Source: a virus (Duplodnaviria > Caudoviricetes). Taken from it: DNA of 45,163 bases. Location: positions 1 through 45,163 of the IMG/VR virus record IMGVR_UViG_3300030372_001396. One strand, given 5' to 3'. This document shows positions 9,924 through 19,288 of this stretch, one piece after another; within the stretch, counting starts at the first letter, position 1, and every line of letters starts with the position of its first letter. A program made the position numbers and the translations under genes. The notes under the pieces are model-generated. The model made no database searches. It saw nothing but the letters and a program-made list of their open reading frames with translations, and had not been told where the DNA came from.

Positions 9924-12900
9924 ATGCCCCATGAACCTAATCATCAATACAAAATACAAGGGATGGTAGAGTATACCGAACCTGAATTTTCTATAATACC
10001 AGAACAACAAGAAGAAGAACCTAAGTTTAGCATCTTTATGCCTGACTATCTTTCTGACATGGTAAAGAATGGATACAATCAATCTATTACTGCCAATGCT
10101 ATACACTTATTAGGTGAGGGAGAAAAAGAAAATGTAAAAAAAATGGATGCCTATGTCCCTGATATTATGAGAAAGCATCAAGTGTCTGATGATTTCAGTC
10201 AATACAATGAACAGATGTTATTTGACATAGGGTCAACTCTTGTTAGTATTGTTGCTGATGTTCCTGCAATAGCCGCTGCTACTTATGCGTCTGGTGGAGG
10301 TGGATTAGTGCCAGCTTTAGGAGCTCAGGCTGCACGGCTTACTGCTCTTGGTGCTAGGCTTGCACCAAAGGTAGCACAAGGTGTAACAAGAATGAAAACA
10401 GCTTTTAAAAGTGCAGGAGTTGGAGATAAGGTTGTTAACAAAGTTTCTAAAAGTGTGTATGAAACTCTTAGCAATCCAACTAATTTAGTAATGCAAGGAA
10501 ATACATTGGGTATATATAGTGCTACCCACGATATAATGGCACAAAAAGTATACAACGAAGACGGTGCATCATGGCAAAACAAATTAGACTATCTACAAGC
10601 TATTGATGCTGGGCTTGCAGGGTGGAAAGGTGGAGCTGCATTTCCTGTTGGTGCTTCTATAGGTAAGCCATTAGTTGGTGGAACCCTGTCTAAGTTTGCA
10701 CCTGGTACTAAATCTGCTGCGGTACTGCAAAAAGTTGGAGGAGAAGCAGGGGATATAGTGGGTGGAGGTTATGCTTTTGTTGTACCTGAATATGGATTTG
10801 CACCACCAGCCGAAGCACTATATCATTCTATTGGTGTTGTTGCAGGATTAAAAGGAATACAAGGTACGGGAACACAAATAAGAGAAAGAGTTTTAAATAC
10901 TAATAAAGCCTTTAATATAAGCCTGTCAGATAAAGAGATAGCAAAGGCACAAGATATTATAGGAGTAAAGATAGAAACAGAGGTAACAAACTCTAACTCA
11001 TTGTATGGTAAGAATGGAGTTGAGGTAAGAAAGACAGGAGTCACCGCTAAAAACAATGCTAAATATCAAGAGGTAAAGCAAGACGGAACTGTTGGCCCTA
11101 CAAAATACATGGACAACAATAAGTTTCATAAAAAATATAATGTTGAAAACATAGATGCCCTACCACTAGACACCCTAAGAAAAAGAATTATAGATTTAGC
11201 AGAAGGCTTGGGTGCTCAAAGCAACAAAGCAAAGAGTGAATTATTTTATGATGGACTACCACCAAGAGGATTAGCAGAGACACAGACTGGGTTAGGTCGT
11301 CTGTCTGCAAGTAAACAATATGAATTATTTAAAGATTTAAAAGCACAAAAGATAATGACAGAGTATCTAAGAGATATATCAGTATCAAAGCTTGAGCCAG
11401 CTAGACTACCAATGATTGGAAAAGTGTTTGACTTTCTTACTTTGGATTTACCTTTTATGCCTGAAGCTATCAAAAGAGTTAGAAGTAATGCAGCTAGATT
11501 AAACAAGAGAATGGATGCAGACCCTTTTGCTAGAGATATGTGGAGGAAGTTTAATTCTTTGCCATCTAAAATACAAGCTTTGCAGGGTAGGATTCTAACA
11601 GAGGCTGGAGTAATGGACTATCTTACAAATAAAAAAATAGATGGAACAAAACTTACGGCTGACATTTTGGGGAATGTACAGAACAATCCAGTAGTTAATT
11701 CTGTTAAAGAGGTGTATCTAGGTTTAGGTAGTAAGCTCAGAGAGAAAGGTATTATACCTAAAGATGTACCACTTGAACCAAACTACCAACCACACTACCC
11801 AAGACAGTCTGTAATGGAAGCCTTAATGAATCTGCAAACTCAGATAGCTAACAGCACTTTTAAATTTGAAGGTAAAGATACATACTTATCTTTCATTAAA
11901 GAAAACAATAAAAGTGCAAAAGATAATAAGAAGCTTTCGGAAGCAGAAACAAAACTAGTAGCAAAAGTATTACAGAATTGGCTGAAGAACGAACAATCTA
12001 CAGGAGCTGTAAAGTATGTGCAACAGTTTATAACCAAGAACACAATAACAAAGGGCGGAACAAAAGAAATACAGTGGGATGCAGCCTTTAAAGAAATAAA
12101 TGAAAACCTAGTTGCTGTTGGTAACAACCCCTTCCACAACTTTACAAAAGGTAGAACAACACAAATTAAATGGGATGTGGAAAAAGGCGGTTATGATTTA
12201 GATATTTTTGAAACCAATGCTTTTAAAAATTTAGAAAGATATAGTAAGGATGCTGCAGAAGCTTTAACAATTAATGAGTTGTTTGGTACAAATTTTGAAG
12301 TATACAATAAAGTAATAGAAAGATTGGAGATGTCAGGAAAAGACCAGGATGTGACAGCTCTTACTGATATGTATGATGCTACCTATAATTATAGAAAGTT
12401 TTGGACTAAGCCATTAAACAGTAAAGGTTGGGATTTTTTAAGAACTACAGGTAGAAAAGTAAACTATGGTATAGAAGCAGTCAACAATGTTTTCTCTGGA
12501 TTGTTAGTATCTTTTGGTTATGGTCCTATATATAACTTTACTCAACCCTTAATTTCTTACAATGCAGCTTTAGGTTATATGCCTTCTGTAAAGTCTGGAC
12601 TTAAAAAACTTACCGCAAAAGGTAGAGCAGAACAGAAAAAGATTTTAGATGAAACAGGTATGAATCTTAAAGGAGAACGAGAGTTGTTTAATTTGACACA
12701 TGGTGAATACAACACACAAAATTCTTTTCATAGAGATTTTGCAGCTTGGTCTTCCAAAAGAAGTGTAATGTCTTTAGGTATTGATGTGTCTACTAAATCA
12801 GGATTTAGAAGATTAAGTATGGAAGGTTCCACACAGAAGGTGCATGAGTCTGCTACGCTTGCTGGGTTTGAAGCAATCAACAGTTTAATGATTACTGCTA

Positions 12901-13925
12901 AAACAGGAGCTAATATTTTTGAAAGAACTTTTTACTCCGATAAAATAAAAAAGAAAATGGAAGCTGACACCTTAGGAAAAGAAGAAGTTGCAGGTTCTTC
13001 TGCTGTTGAAAGAAGAAAAGCTTGGGCTAGAGAAAAATTGCTTACAGATTTTAATATTGTTTATAGCGGTACACCACTTACAAAAAAACAAATAGGAGAT
13101 GGAGCTGTATTTTTTGCAGACAAAACACAGTTAAAAAGAAATATAGCAGATGAAGCTTTTTACATGTCACACCCATCAACTAGAAACTTTTTTAGATTAA
13201 AGTCCTTTGTTATAAAACAAACAAAGCTAACTCACGATTTAGTTGCCAGACATTTAAAGTATGGTAATGCAGTTCCATTATTAAGAATGGCTGTAGCTGG
13301 TGCTGCTGGTACACAGTTAATTAAATTTAAAAGATTGTTAGAGTCAACACTTGCTGGAGAAGATGTTATAACTAGACAAGATGAAGATAGTTTAGTTGAT
13401 GGGTTTGTAGCTATTGGTATGGGTGGTTACGCTGTTGACCTAGGAACTGCTGATGATATAAACAAAGCTCTAGCGTTTCAAATAGAGCCATTGTTTTATG
13501 CGGTTGGTACTGACATAGCTGATGACCTATGGAGATACTTTACTGAAACTAGATTGCTAGATATGGAAGGACAATTAGAATCAGCATCAGGAGAGTTGTC
13601 TAAATATTTAGGAGGACCACCAAGAGCTATGGTCAGAAGAGTTGAAGGATTTAAAAGTAAGGTAGATAGATTAGAATACATTAAAGGTTTAAAAGAAAAA
13701 GAAATTATGAACCTATGGTTTAAAGCACAAGAGATGCAAAGTGAATCAGACAAACAAAAGATATTAGACAAGGCTACAAAGAAAGCAAGAGAATGGAATC
13801 AAGCTTACGGTTCTTATGGGGTTACAATAGGTGATGACTACTTTTCTATTTATGATATGGTTAGCAAGAAAAGAATAGCTGACTATAAAGAATTACAAAA
13901 AAAAGAAAAAGAAAGAGCTAGATAA
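9924..13925 (+). CDS. Large internal virion/ejection protein
   Basis: 1333 aa with G/A-rich hydrophobic segments; last gene of the late strand, as for T7 gp16-type proteins. Confidence 0.6.
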   Translation: MPHEPNHQYKIQGMVEYTEPEFSIIPEQQEEEPKFSIFMPDYLSDMVKNGYNQSITANAIHLLGEGEKENVKKMDAYVPDIMRKHQVSDDFSQYNEQMLFDIGSTLVSIVADVPAIAAATYASGGGGLVPALGAQAARLTALGARLAPKVAQGVTRMKTAFKSAGVGDKVVNKVSKSVYETLSNPTNLVMQGNTLGIYSATHDIMAQKVYNEDGASWQNKLDYLQAIDAGLAGWKGGAAFPVGASIGKPLVGGTLSKFAPGTKSAAVLQKVGGEAGDIVGGGYAFVVPEYGFAPPAEALYHSIGVVAGLKGIQGTGTQIRERVLNTNKAFNISLSDKEIAKAQDIIGVKIETEVTNSNSLYGKNGVEVRKTGVTAKNNAKYQEVKQDGTVGPTKYMDNNKFHKKYNVENIDALPLDTLRKRIIDLAEGLGAQSNKAKSELFYDGLPPRGLAETQTGLGRLSASKQYELFKDLKAQKIMTEYLRDISVSKLEPARLPMIGKVFDFLTLDLPFMPEAIKRVRSNAARLNKRMDADPFARDMWRKFNSLPSKIQALQGRILTEAGVMDYLTNKKIDGTKLTADILGNVQNNPVVNSVKEVYLGLGSKLREKGIIPKDVPLEPNYQPHYPRQSVMEALMNLQTQIANSTFKFEGKDTYLSFIKENNKSAKDNKKLSEAETKLVAKVLQNWLKNEQSTGAVKYVQQFITKNTITKGGTKEIQWDAAFKEINENLVAVGNNPFHNFTKGRTTQIKWDVEKGGYDLDIFETNAFKNLERYSKDAAEALTINELFGTNFEVYNKVIERLEMSGKDQDVTALTDMYDATYNYRKFWTKPLNSKGWDFLRTTGRKVNYGIEAVNNVFSGLLVSFGYGPIYNFTQPLISYNAALGYMPSVKSGLKKLTAKGRAEQKKILDETGMNLKGERELFNLTHGEYNTQNSFHRDFAAWSSKRSVMSLGIDVSTKSGFRRLSMEGSTQKVHESATLAGFEAINSLMITAKTGANIFERTFYSDKIKKKMEADTLGKEEVAGSSAVERRKAWAREKLLTDFNIVYSGTPLTKKQIGDGAVFFADKTQLKRNIADEAFYMSHPSTRNFFRLKSFVIKQTKLTHDLVARHLKYGNAVPLLRMAVAGAAGTQLIKFKRLLESTLAGEDVITRQDEDSLVDGFVAIGMGGYAVDLGTADDINKALAFQIEPLFYAVGTDIADDLWRYFTETRLLDMEGQLESASGELSKYLGGPPRAMVRRVEGFKSKVDRLEYIKGLKEKEIMNLWFKAQEMQSESDKQKILDKATKKAREWNQAYGSYGVTIGDDYFSIYDMVSKKRIADYKELQKKEKERAR

Positions 13926-14136
13926 TACTTTTAAATTTTTTCTTTTGACTCTTACTCATAGATTTCCAACAATCAGGCAGCTTATCTACCTCTGCTGTTG
14001 TATTAGCAGCACCACAATATAACTTTTCTTTACCACTAAACCTTGATTTACCACAGAAGCTGCAACCTTTATTAATCTTCGGACATTTTTCAAACATTTT
14101 AAAAATTTTTGTTACGAGGATAGGGCTAGAATCCAT
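13918..14136 (-). CDS. Small Cys-rich basic protein
   Basis: CP...CSFC...C...C pattern; converges on the late operon; start uncertain. Confidence 0.55.
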   Translation of the reverse strand: MDSSPILVTKIFKMFEKCPKINKGCSFCGKSRFSGKEKLYCGAANTTAEVDKLPDCWKSMSKSQKKKFKSII

Positions 14137-14215
14137 TATCTTTTTCTTTTAGATATAACTATAGGCTAAATAATTTAAGTTGATTCTCGTTTGAATTAGA
14201 GGCTTAAACTGGTGT

Positions 14216-14392
14216 TTACCTATTTTCTGTGCTAATAAAGGCTTCTTTGATACAATCATCTATAATTACACGGATTGTATTGTTAGTTTCGTACTTCACA
14301 AAGTTAATCTTCTTAATTTTTTCTATAGCTCTGTTCCATTTAGCATTATTCTCATGCATTTCTTGTACATGTTTTAATCTATTACTTACCAT
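14216..14392 (-). CDS. 58-aa hypothetical protein (not in ORF track)
   Basis: GGAG RBS; MVSNRLKHVQEMHENNAKWNRAIEKIKK...TENR-stop. Confidence 0.6.
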   Translation of the reverse strand: MVSNRLKHVQEMHENNAKWNRAIEKIKKINFVKYETNNTIRVIIDDCIKEAFISTENR

Positions 14393-14463
14393 AATTATTT
14401 CTCCATATTATTTTTGGGGTAACTAAGTAGCCAACCATTGTATTTGCTTAAATTAAATATTAA

Positions 14464-14534
14464 AGGGTAGGCAGGATTGGTTACCTGCGACATTCCTTTT
14501 AAATGCCTTTAAGTTTAAGTAATACAGTCACCCC
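14464..14534 (-). ncRNA. tRNA-shaped 71-nt structured element (not a canonical tRNA)
   Basis: GGGGUG/UACCCU closing stem stacked on a GCAGG/CCUGC arm with an 8-nt loop; central irregular helix; no TTC, anticodon arm or CCA. Confidence 0.4.
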
Positions 14535-14541
14535 AAAATGT

Positions 14542-14604
14542 GCTGCCAGATACACAAAGGAACTCAACTGATAACAAGAGGTAATGAGAAAAGTACCTGA
14601 CAGC
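14542..14604 (-). ncRNA. Stem-closed small RNA with an anti-SD/anti-start loop
   Basis: 12-bp stem GCUGUCAGGUAC/GUAUCUGGCAGC (two G-U pairs, so fully paired only on -); 39-nt pyrimidine-rich loop. Confidence 0.55.
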
Positions 14605-14614
14605 TTGTTAATTT

Positions 14615-14878
14615 TTAGAAGGGTATATCGTCTTCTACTTCTGTCTTGGCTTGTGGTTTGGCACCACTTCTCTTAGCCTCGTATGTTTCTTTATCTTCAA
14701 AAGAGATGGAGATATACTCATTGCCATTGCTAGCTGTTTTACTCCACCCTGAAACATAACCCTCAACACCATTGAATGTTACCAACCCTATAGTTTTCCA
14801 GTTAGGTCTTTTAGGATTGTCACCTACATCATTATGAAATAGGTTTGCTGTATTTGGTTTTGGTTTAAAGTCACTCAT
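14615..14878 (-). CDS. Single-stranded DNA-binding protein (small DUF736-like type)
   Basis: LFxN...NPKRPxW...VSGW.K...G.EYISIS core and acidic C-terminal DDIPF tail. Confidence 0.7.
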   Translation of the reverse strand: MSDFKPKPNTANLFHNDVGDNPKRPNWKTIGLVTFNGVEGYVSGWSKTASNGNEYISISFEDKETYEAKRSGAKPQAKTEVEDDIPF

Positions 14879-14889
14879 TATTTTCTCCT

Positions 14890-15141
14890 TTATTTAATAT
14901 GTTCCACAGATGTAGGGTTAGCTGCTATCAGCTTCTCCTCTTCTTGTGGTCTATTTTCTGCTTCTTCTTGTAATGTATTAATTCTTTCTTCTACTTTGAC
15001 CCTGATATTTCTCAGGTCTTTTCTTATTCCATCTTCAAGCTCAGACTTTTTAGGTTGTCTTGTATACACCTCAATCATATTCTCTAGCTCCTCTAGTCTA
15101 AACTTAAATGTAATTTCTAATTTACTAAAGTCAATCTTCAT
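14890..15141 (-). CDS. Hypothetical coiled-coil protein
   Basis: 83 aa; GGAGG RBS. Confidence 0.65.
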   Translation of the reverse strand: MKIDFSKLEITFKFRLEELENMIEVYTRQPKKSELEDGIRKDLRNIRVKVEERINTLQEEAENRPQEEEKLIAANPTSVEHIK

Positions 15142-15478
15142 TGTTTCCTCCTGATGCTTCTTTTAAAATCTTTAGCATGGTTAAGTATTCTTCTAGGTCT
15201 ACAACAATCATAGGTTTAATTCTATCTGCTCTGATTACTACACCTACCTCTTCTTTTTCAGGCAGCAAATAAGATGGCAAAGACTTACGCATCTTACATC
15301 CATAGTATTTATCTTCAACAAGTATATCTCCTAGTGGGTGACAAGCACCACCTCTGTCTCTGTTGTGTGCTTCCAGCCCTATATCTTTAGCTAGGTTTAC
15401 TGCTAGTCTCTGAAGCTCTGCCCCTCTTTGCCTGTTCCTTCTCCCCATCTGTTGGGGTGTCATCTTCTTTTTCGGCAT
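15131..15478 (-). CDS. Holliday-junction-resolvase-like PD-(D/E)XK nuclease
   Basis: GRRNRQRGAELQR N-terminus, GDIL...GCK core, RADR...VVDLEEY; the second acidic residue is atypical. Confidence 0.55.
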   Translation of the reverse strand: MPKKKMTPQQMGRRNRQRGAELQRLAVNLAKDIGLEAHNRDRGGACHPLGDILVEDKYYGCKMRKSLPSYLLPEKEEVGVVIRADRIKPMIVVDLEEYLTMLKILKEASGGNNED

Positions 15479-15656
15479 TCACTTTCTCCTCTACATATTT
15501 AGTAAGCTTTTCTGTTTTGCCCTCCATGTCCAATAAAGAATTAAACAGGAAGAACATACTTTTAATTTCATTGTTCATTACTTTTACTTCTTGCCTTGTT
15601 GCTACAATTAGTTTAGCAAGTTCAGTGTAAGTTAATTTTTTGTTTTTTCTTTTCAT
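15387..15656 (-). CDS. Hypothetical protein
   Basis: 89-aa ORF in the dense operon. Confidence 0.6.
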   Translation of the reverse strand: MKRKNKKLTYTELAKLIVATRQEVKVMNNEIKSMFFLFNSLLDMEGKTEKLTKYVEEKVNAEKEDDTPTDGEKEQAKRGRASETSSKPS

Positions 15657-15804
15657 ACTTCTTGTTTGGTTTTATATAATCTTCATCACAGCCTAAGTAA
15701 GTTCTCATCCACCAACAATATTCATTAGTTAAAATGCAATACCGCATATCAAAGAGGCCATCTTTATTCTTTTGAATTAAAGATTTTAACTTGGCTCTCT
15801 TCAT
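15622..15804 (-). CDS. Hypothetical protein
   Basis: Start at MKRAK after GGAG; fills the gap between its neighbours. Confidence 0.45.
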   Translation of the reverse strand: MKRAKLKSLIQKNKDGLFDMRYCILTNEYCWWMRTYLGCDEDYIKPNKKYEKKKQKINLH

Positions 15805-16099
15805 TCTTACTCCACTCTGATAAAGATAAACCAATCTGGTCACCAAAACCTCTATTAAAAGTAAACCCTCTGTTCTCTAAGTTCACAATAGATGTATGAT
15901 ACTCTAAGCCAGTTCGTTTATCTTTTACTTTAATCTTGGTTGCTCCCATCTCTTTAGCTTTTGACAGAGCCAATTCATCAAAGGCTATTGCAGGAGGAGT
16001 ACGCAGAAAATGTTTAGAAGAATCCAATGTTTTATTTAATGTATCTCCATCAACATTTCCTACTACTTTTTTATTTACTTTAACTGGTTTAGTTGCCAT
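15764..16099 (-). CDS. Conserved phage hypothetical protein
   Basis: SKHFLRTPPAIAFD...NRGFGDQIGL...W motif; 111 aa. Confidence 0.7.
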   Translation of the reverse strand: MATKPVKVNKKVVGNVDGDTLNKTLDSSKHFLRTPPAIAFDELALSKAKEMGATKIKVKDKRTGLEYHTSIVNLENRGFTFNRGFGDQIGLSLSEWSKNEESQVKIFNSKE

Positions 16100-16130
16100 G
16101 TTATTAAGTTAATGTTTTAACTCTTGACAA

Positions 16131-16796
16131 TCAACTAAAAACCTTTTCTATGTCGTCAGCAGATAAGTCAGGACTCTTCTTATCTATCAAACCTTCTAAC
16201 CATTTCTTAGTCTTCTCAACGGTTTTAGCATTGATACGATTTGTTTCTAATCCTTCTCTTACTTTTTCCTTGACATCATCTCCTAAGTTCTTGCACATAC
16301 CACGCAGTATTACTGCATCCGTACTTGATATAGGTTCTCCCTCTACCTTCTTAGGCTTGGGTGCTGTCTTCTTTATAGGTTTTGCATCAACCTTGATAGA
16401 CTGTACATCATTGTCTTCATCACTAGCAATACCTACGAAAGCACTTAAACTGTATCTTCTATAGTAAGTTATTGCTGCACCTACTGATTGATATATATTC
16501 ATCTGTTTAGATTCTATGATTGGTGAGCATACAGTACTACGAATCCATTCTCCTGATGTATGCATATATAAAGTCTCTACACCTATCTCACTGTCAGAGC
16601 CTACTGGCATCTGGACAAATGATACACCGTGTTTAGTAAGTAATGGTCTTAGGTATTTTACTAACGCATCATAAGATGTGTAGTTGTAGCCATAACCTTT
16701 ACTATCTTTAGGCATGTCAGCAATCTCTTGTTGTATCTTAACTTGTGCTGCTGCTAAGTTCTTAATTGATTCTGACATTGTTGTTTCAGTTCTCAT
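16131..16796 (-). CDS. erf: ERF-family single-strand annealing protein
   Basis: YGYNY...LRPLLxKHG...HTSGEW...GAAITYYRRYSLSAFVGIASDEDND is the ERF signature. Confidence 0.9.
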   Translation of the reverse strand: MRTETTMSESIKNLAAAQVKIQQEIADMPKDSKGYGYNYTSYDALVKYLRPLLTKHGVSFVQMPVGSDSEIGVETLYMHTSGEWIRSTVCSPIIESKQMNIYQSVGAAITYYRRYSLSAFVGIASDEDNDVQSIKVDAKPIKKTAPKPKKVEGEPISSTDAVILRGMCKNLGDDVKEKVREGLETNRINAKTVEKTKKWLEGLIDKKSPDLSADDIEKVFS

Positions 16797-17040
16797 TTCT
16801 TTTCTCCTTTATTTTATCGTCTACTTCTTTCATTTTATTGTATAGCTTGACATACTTCTTGTCTTTGAATATAATATTATTAGGGTTAAGATGCCCCTCT
16901 TTTTTTATATCCCATGCTGTCTCTTCTTCTTGTTGTTTCATTATATCTTGCTCAATGAAGAAGTCTATGTTCTCTTCAATCTGGTCCTTGGTGAATCCCA
17001 TATCTAAAGCTTCTATCTCTTTCTTTTTGTAGTATCCCAT
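16786..17040 (-). CDS. Hypothetical protein
   Basis: 84 aa; GGAGG RBS; TAATG coupling. Confidence 0.65.
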   Translation of the reverse strand: MGYYKKKEIEALDMGFTKDQIEENIDFFIEQDIMKQQEEETAWDIKKEGHLNPNNIIFKDKKYVKLYNKMKEVDDKIKEKRNEN

Positions 17041-17315
17041 TAATCCTCCTTGTTTAAGTCATCAAAGTTTGCTCCATCATAACAGTTGGAACATATACCT
17101 GTTTGTTCTTCTTCTATAAAACTATTTCCAAAAGGTTTTGCAGTGCAACAAGTACTCTGCCAGTCTTTATCCTCACACCTATCACACTCTTCTATCTTGA
17201 TGGTGGGACTATCTCCATGAACTGCATTACCACAGTAGCTGCATTCAACTTGTGGCACATACACTCCAAAAGAATCACTGTGTTTCTTTTGTATATATTT
17301 TAAATACTCCATCAT
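17040..17315 (-). CDS. Zinc-ribbon protein
   Basis: CSYC, CDRC, CC and CSNC motifs; start moved to the ATG after AAGGAG, downstream of the promoter. Confidence 0.7.
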   Translation of the reverse strand: MMEYLKYIQKKHSDSFGVYVPQVECSYCGNAVHGDSPTIKIEECDRCEDKDWQSTCCTAKPFGNSFIEEEQTGICSNCYDGANFDDLNKED

Positions 17316-17345
17316 ACTCCTTTGTTTTATTTGTATTACACCCTT

Positions 17346-17374
17346 TAAACAATGGGAACCAAAAAAGGTTCCCA
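17346..17374 (-). promoter_or_regulatory. Early promoter, GGGAAC-N16 class (palindromic)
   Basis: TGGGAAC-N16-TGTTTA; inverted repeat TGGGAACC-N6-GGTTCCCA. Confidence 0.75.
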
Positions 17375-17380
17375 TGTTTT

Positions 17381-17701
17381 TTATCCTCTTAAATGATATG
17401 TAGCAAAGTTCCTACCTTCACCGCCACTAGTTTCTATTACATAACCCTGCTCTTTTAAAGTAAAGATTATGCCTGACAACCTAGTAGCACCATACTTTTG
17501 TATAGCTTCCCAAGAAGTTATTGTGCCATGCTCTTGCAAATGATTCAGCACAAACAATGTCTTGCTTGGTCTACCATTAACTGTTTCAATCCTACCTCTA
17601 CCTGTTTTTAGAGTAGGAACATTGGTATGTTTCTTTCTACCAGTAGCATAGGTTTTAGTATTGACAGCTTTCTTTCTGCCGTTTGCTAATGTTTTGGTCA
17701 T
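17381..17701 (-). CDS. Winged helix-turn-helix DNA-binding protein
   Basis: VLNHLQEHGTITSWEAIQKYGATRLSGIIFTLKEQGYVIET; basic N-terminal arm. Confidence 0.8.
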   Translation of the reverse strand: MTKTLANGRKKAVNTKTYATGRKKHTNVPTLKTGRGRIETVNGRPSKTLFVLNHLQEHGTITSWEAIQKYGATRLSGIIFTLKEQGYVIETSGGEGRNFATYHLRG

Positions 17702-17707
17702 TACGAT

Positions 17708-18448
17708 TCACCTCCCTTTGGTCCATTTAGTTTGACCCTTCAATCCACCTCCACAATGGTTGAAGTAGCCACAGTATTTTACATTGCACTCCCACTCATA
17801 TACTGGTGCGGTGCCAAGAGATACCTCTGGTATCCCAATTTTAAATCGTTCATTTACATCTTTCCAATACTCGTAAGCCTTGATAATAAAGGACTTAGGG
17901 ACATTGACTTCTCTCATCAGTGAGTTGTCTTTGTTGTAATAAACCAGTGCCAACTTCTTCAACTCAACACCATACTTTTGCTGATACCAATATGCATAAG
18001 TGCCTAGCTGCAACGCATAGTTCTCCGCTGGTTCAGGGTCTGGTGTTCTACCAAACAAGTTTCTCCACTTGAAACTATTACATGTCTTGACATCATACAT
18101 TGCATCATCATCCACTATACATATATCAAAGAATCCTCTGACATTTATATCCTGAATCCGTATCTCTTGTTCTATCAGAACATCAATCTTTTCTTTCTGT
18201 CCGTGCTTTACAAGTGCATCTTGTATGTCGTTGTGTACCAAGTCTCCAAGCCTAAACAATCTTAATGTATTGTCATCTATCTCTGTGCTTTCTACTTGCT
18301 CTACACTGTTATAGTATATCTTTCTCATGCACATCCCACTTGATGACGCATGAAACCAACTCTCCCTATCCTCGTATCTGTTGATACGGTTATCTTCGTT
18401 TAGTTTTTTAAGATAGCCTGCATATACTGTCTTAATATCAAGCATCAC
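17708..18448 (-). CDS. Cas4-like PD-(D/E)XK exonuclease with Fe-S cysteines
   Basis: ASSSGMCMRK, GDLVH, RGFFD...DVKT, QLxxY and C-terminal C-x4-C-x5-C. Confidence 0.85.
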   Translation of the reverse strand: MMLDIKTVYAGYLKKLNEDNRINRYEDRESWFHASSSGMCMRKIYYNSVEQVESTEIDDNTLRLFRLGDLVHNDIQDALVKHGQKEKIDVLIEQEIRIQDINVRGFFDICIVDDDAMYDVKTCNSFKWRNLFGRTPDPEPAENYALQLGTYAYWYQQKYGVELKKLALVYYNKDNSLMREVNVPKSFIIKAYEYWKDVNERFKIGIPEVSLGTAPVYEWECNVKYCGYFNHCGGGLKGQTKWTKGR

Positions 18449-18776
18449 CTAATCCCAACATATACACCTCGTCTTCATCTTGAAACTTTAACTCGTTCAA
18501 TCTGCAAACTTTTTTAATTGCATACTTTACAAGGGACATGAACTTATTTGTTTCATGTTCGTTCTCATAATTTTTTAGCACAATCATTTCTAGTTCTAGT
18601 ATATTTATAACCTCTCTACATAGCTCATTAGATTTGTTTGTATCCATCTTGTCAAACCCTACAATATGTTTACCAATATCTTCTTTGTGTAATGGAACTA
18701 CAATAGAGTATTCTCCTAGCTGCTCTAATTCTGCACGGCATTTTGATTCAATGCTCTCTGCTAAATATGTTCTCAT
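18438..18776 (-). CDS. Hypothetical protein
   Basis: 112 aa; GGGAG RBS. Confidence 0.65.
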   Translation of the reverse strand: MRTYLAESIESKCRAELEQLGEYSIVVPLHKEDIGKHIVGFDKMDTNKSNELCREVINILELEMIVLKNYENEHETNKFMSLVKYAIKKVCRLNELKFQDEDEVYMLGLGDA

Positions 18777-19001
18777 TTATTCTCCCTTCTGCCAATCTGG
18801 TTTCCATTTGTTTTCTTTTGCTAACTTTACAACATCCTCCCTTGTGCAGTATGTGTCTGTCTGATAATCATAGAACCTTAAATCACCACCATCGTCATCG
18901 TCATCTGGGTCTATCCTGTCTATGTATTGAAACTCAGCAAACTTATTTACTCTGAGAAATAATATCATGTTGTTTATATCTTTATCTGTGTATTCTTTCA
19001 T
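18777..19001 (-). CDS. Hypothetical protein
   Basis: 74 aa; GGAG RBS; ATGA overlap. Confidence 0.65.
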   Translation of the reverse strand: MKEYTDKDINNMILFLRVNKFAEFQYIDRIDPDDDDDGGDLRFYDYQTDTYCTREDVVKLAKENKWKPDWQKGE

Positions 19002-19288
19002 AGTTCAACTCCATCTTTGTTTCTTCTTAAATGCGAGTTATCAACTAAAAGTTCCCCAGTATTTTCATCAACAACATCTTGAATCTTTTGTTGTTCCTCC
19101 AACCACTCTGAGTCTTTTCGTTCATGAGTCCATGACAAGTCCCAAACTACTGAGATAAAATATGTCAACTCATTCTTTATCTCATGCGGTCTTTTGTGGT
19201 TGCAAAGCATGTCAACAAACTTTGACAGCTTGTCCATCTTTGCTCTTTGTTCTTTATCTTTCTTTGTGTGTATGTTATATCGTTCCAT
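18998..19288 (-). CDS. Hypothetical protein
   Basis: 96 aa; AAGGAG RBS. Confidence 0.65.
   Translation of the reverse strand: MERYNIHTKKDKEQRAKMDKLSKFVDMLCNHKRPHEIKNELTYFISVVWDLSWTHERKDSEWLEEQQKIQDVVDENTGELLVDNSHLRRNKDGVEL

Noticed and set aside
13918-14460. dif/att site or integrase at the convergence region
   Set aside because: No convincing XerC/D site and no recombinase gene seen; a temperate lifestyle is not supported
14464-14534. Canonical tRNA gene
   Set aside because: No TTC T-loop, D arm, 7-nt anticodon loop or CCA; kept only as a tRNA-like element
17708-18448. Cas4 as evidence of a CRISPR-Cas system
   Set aside because: No repeat-spacer array or other cas genes; solo Cas4-like exonucleases next to annealing proteins are common in phages
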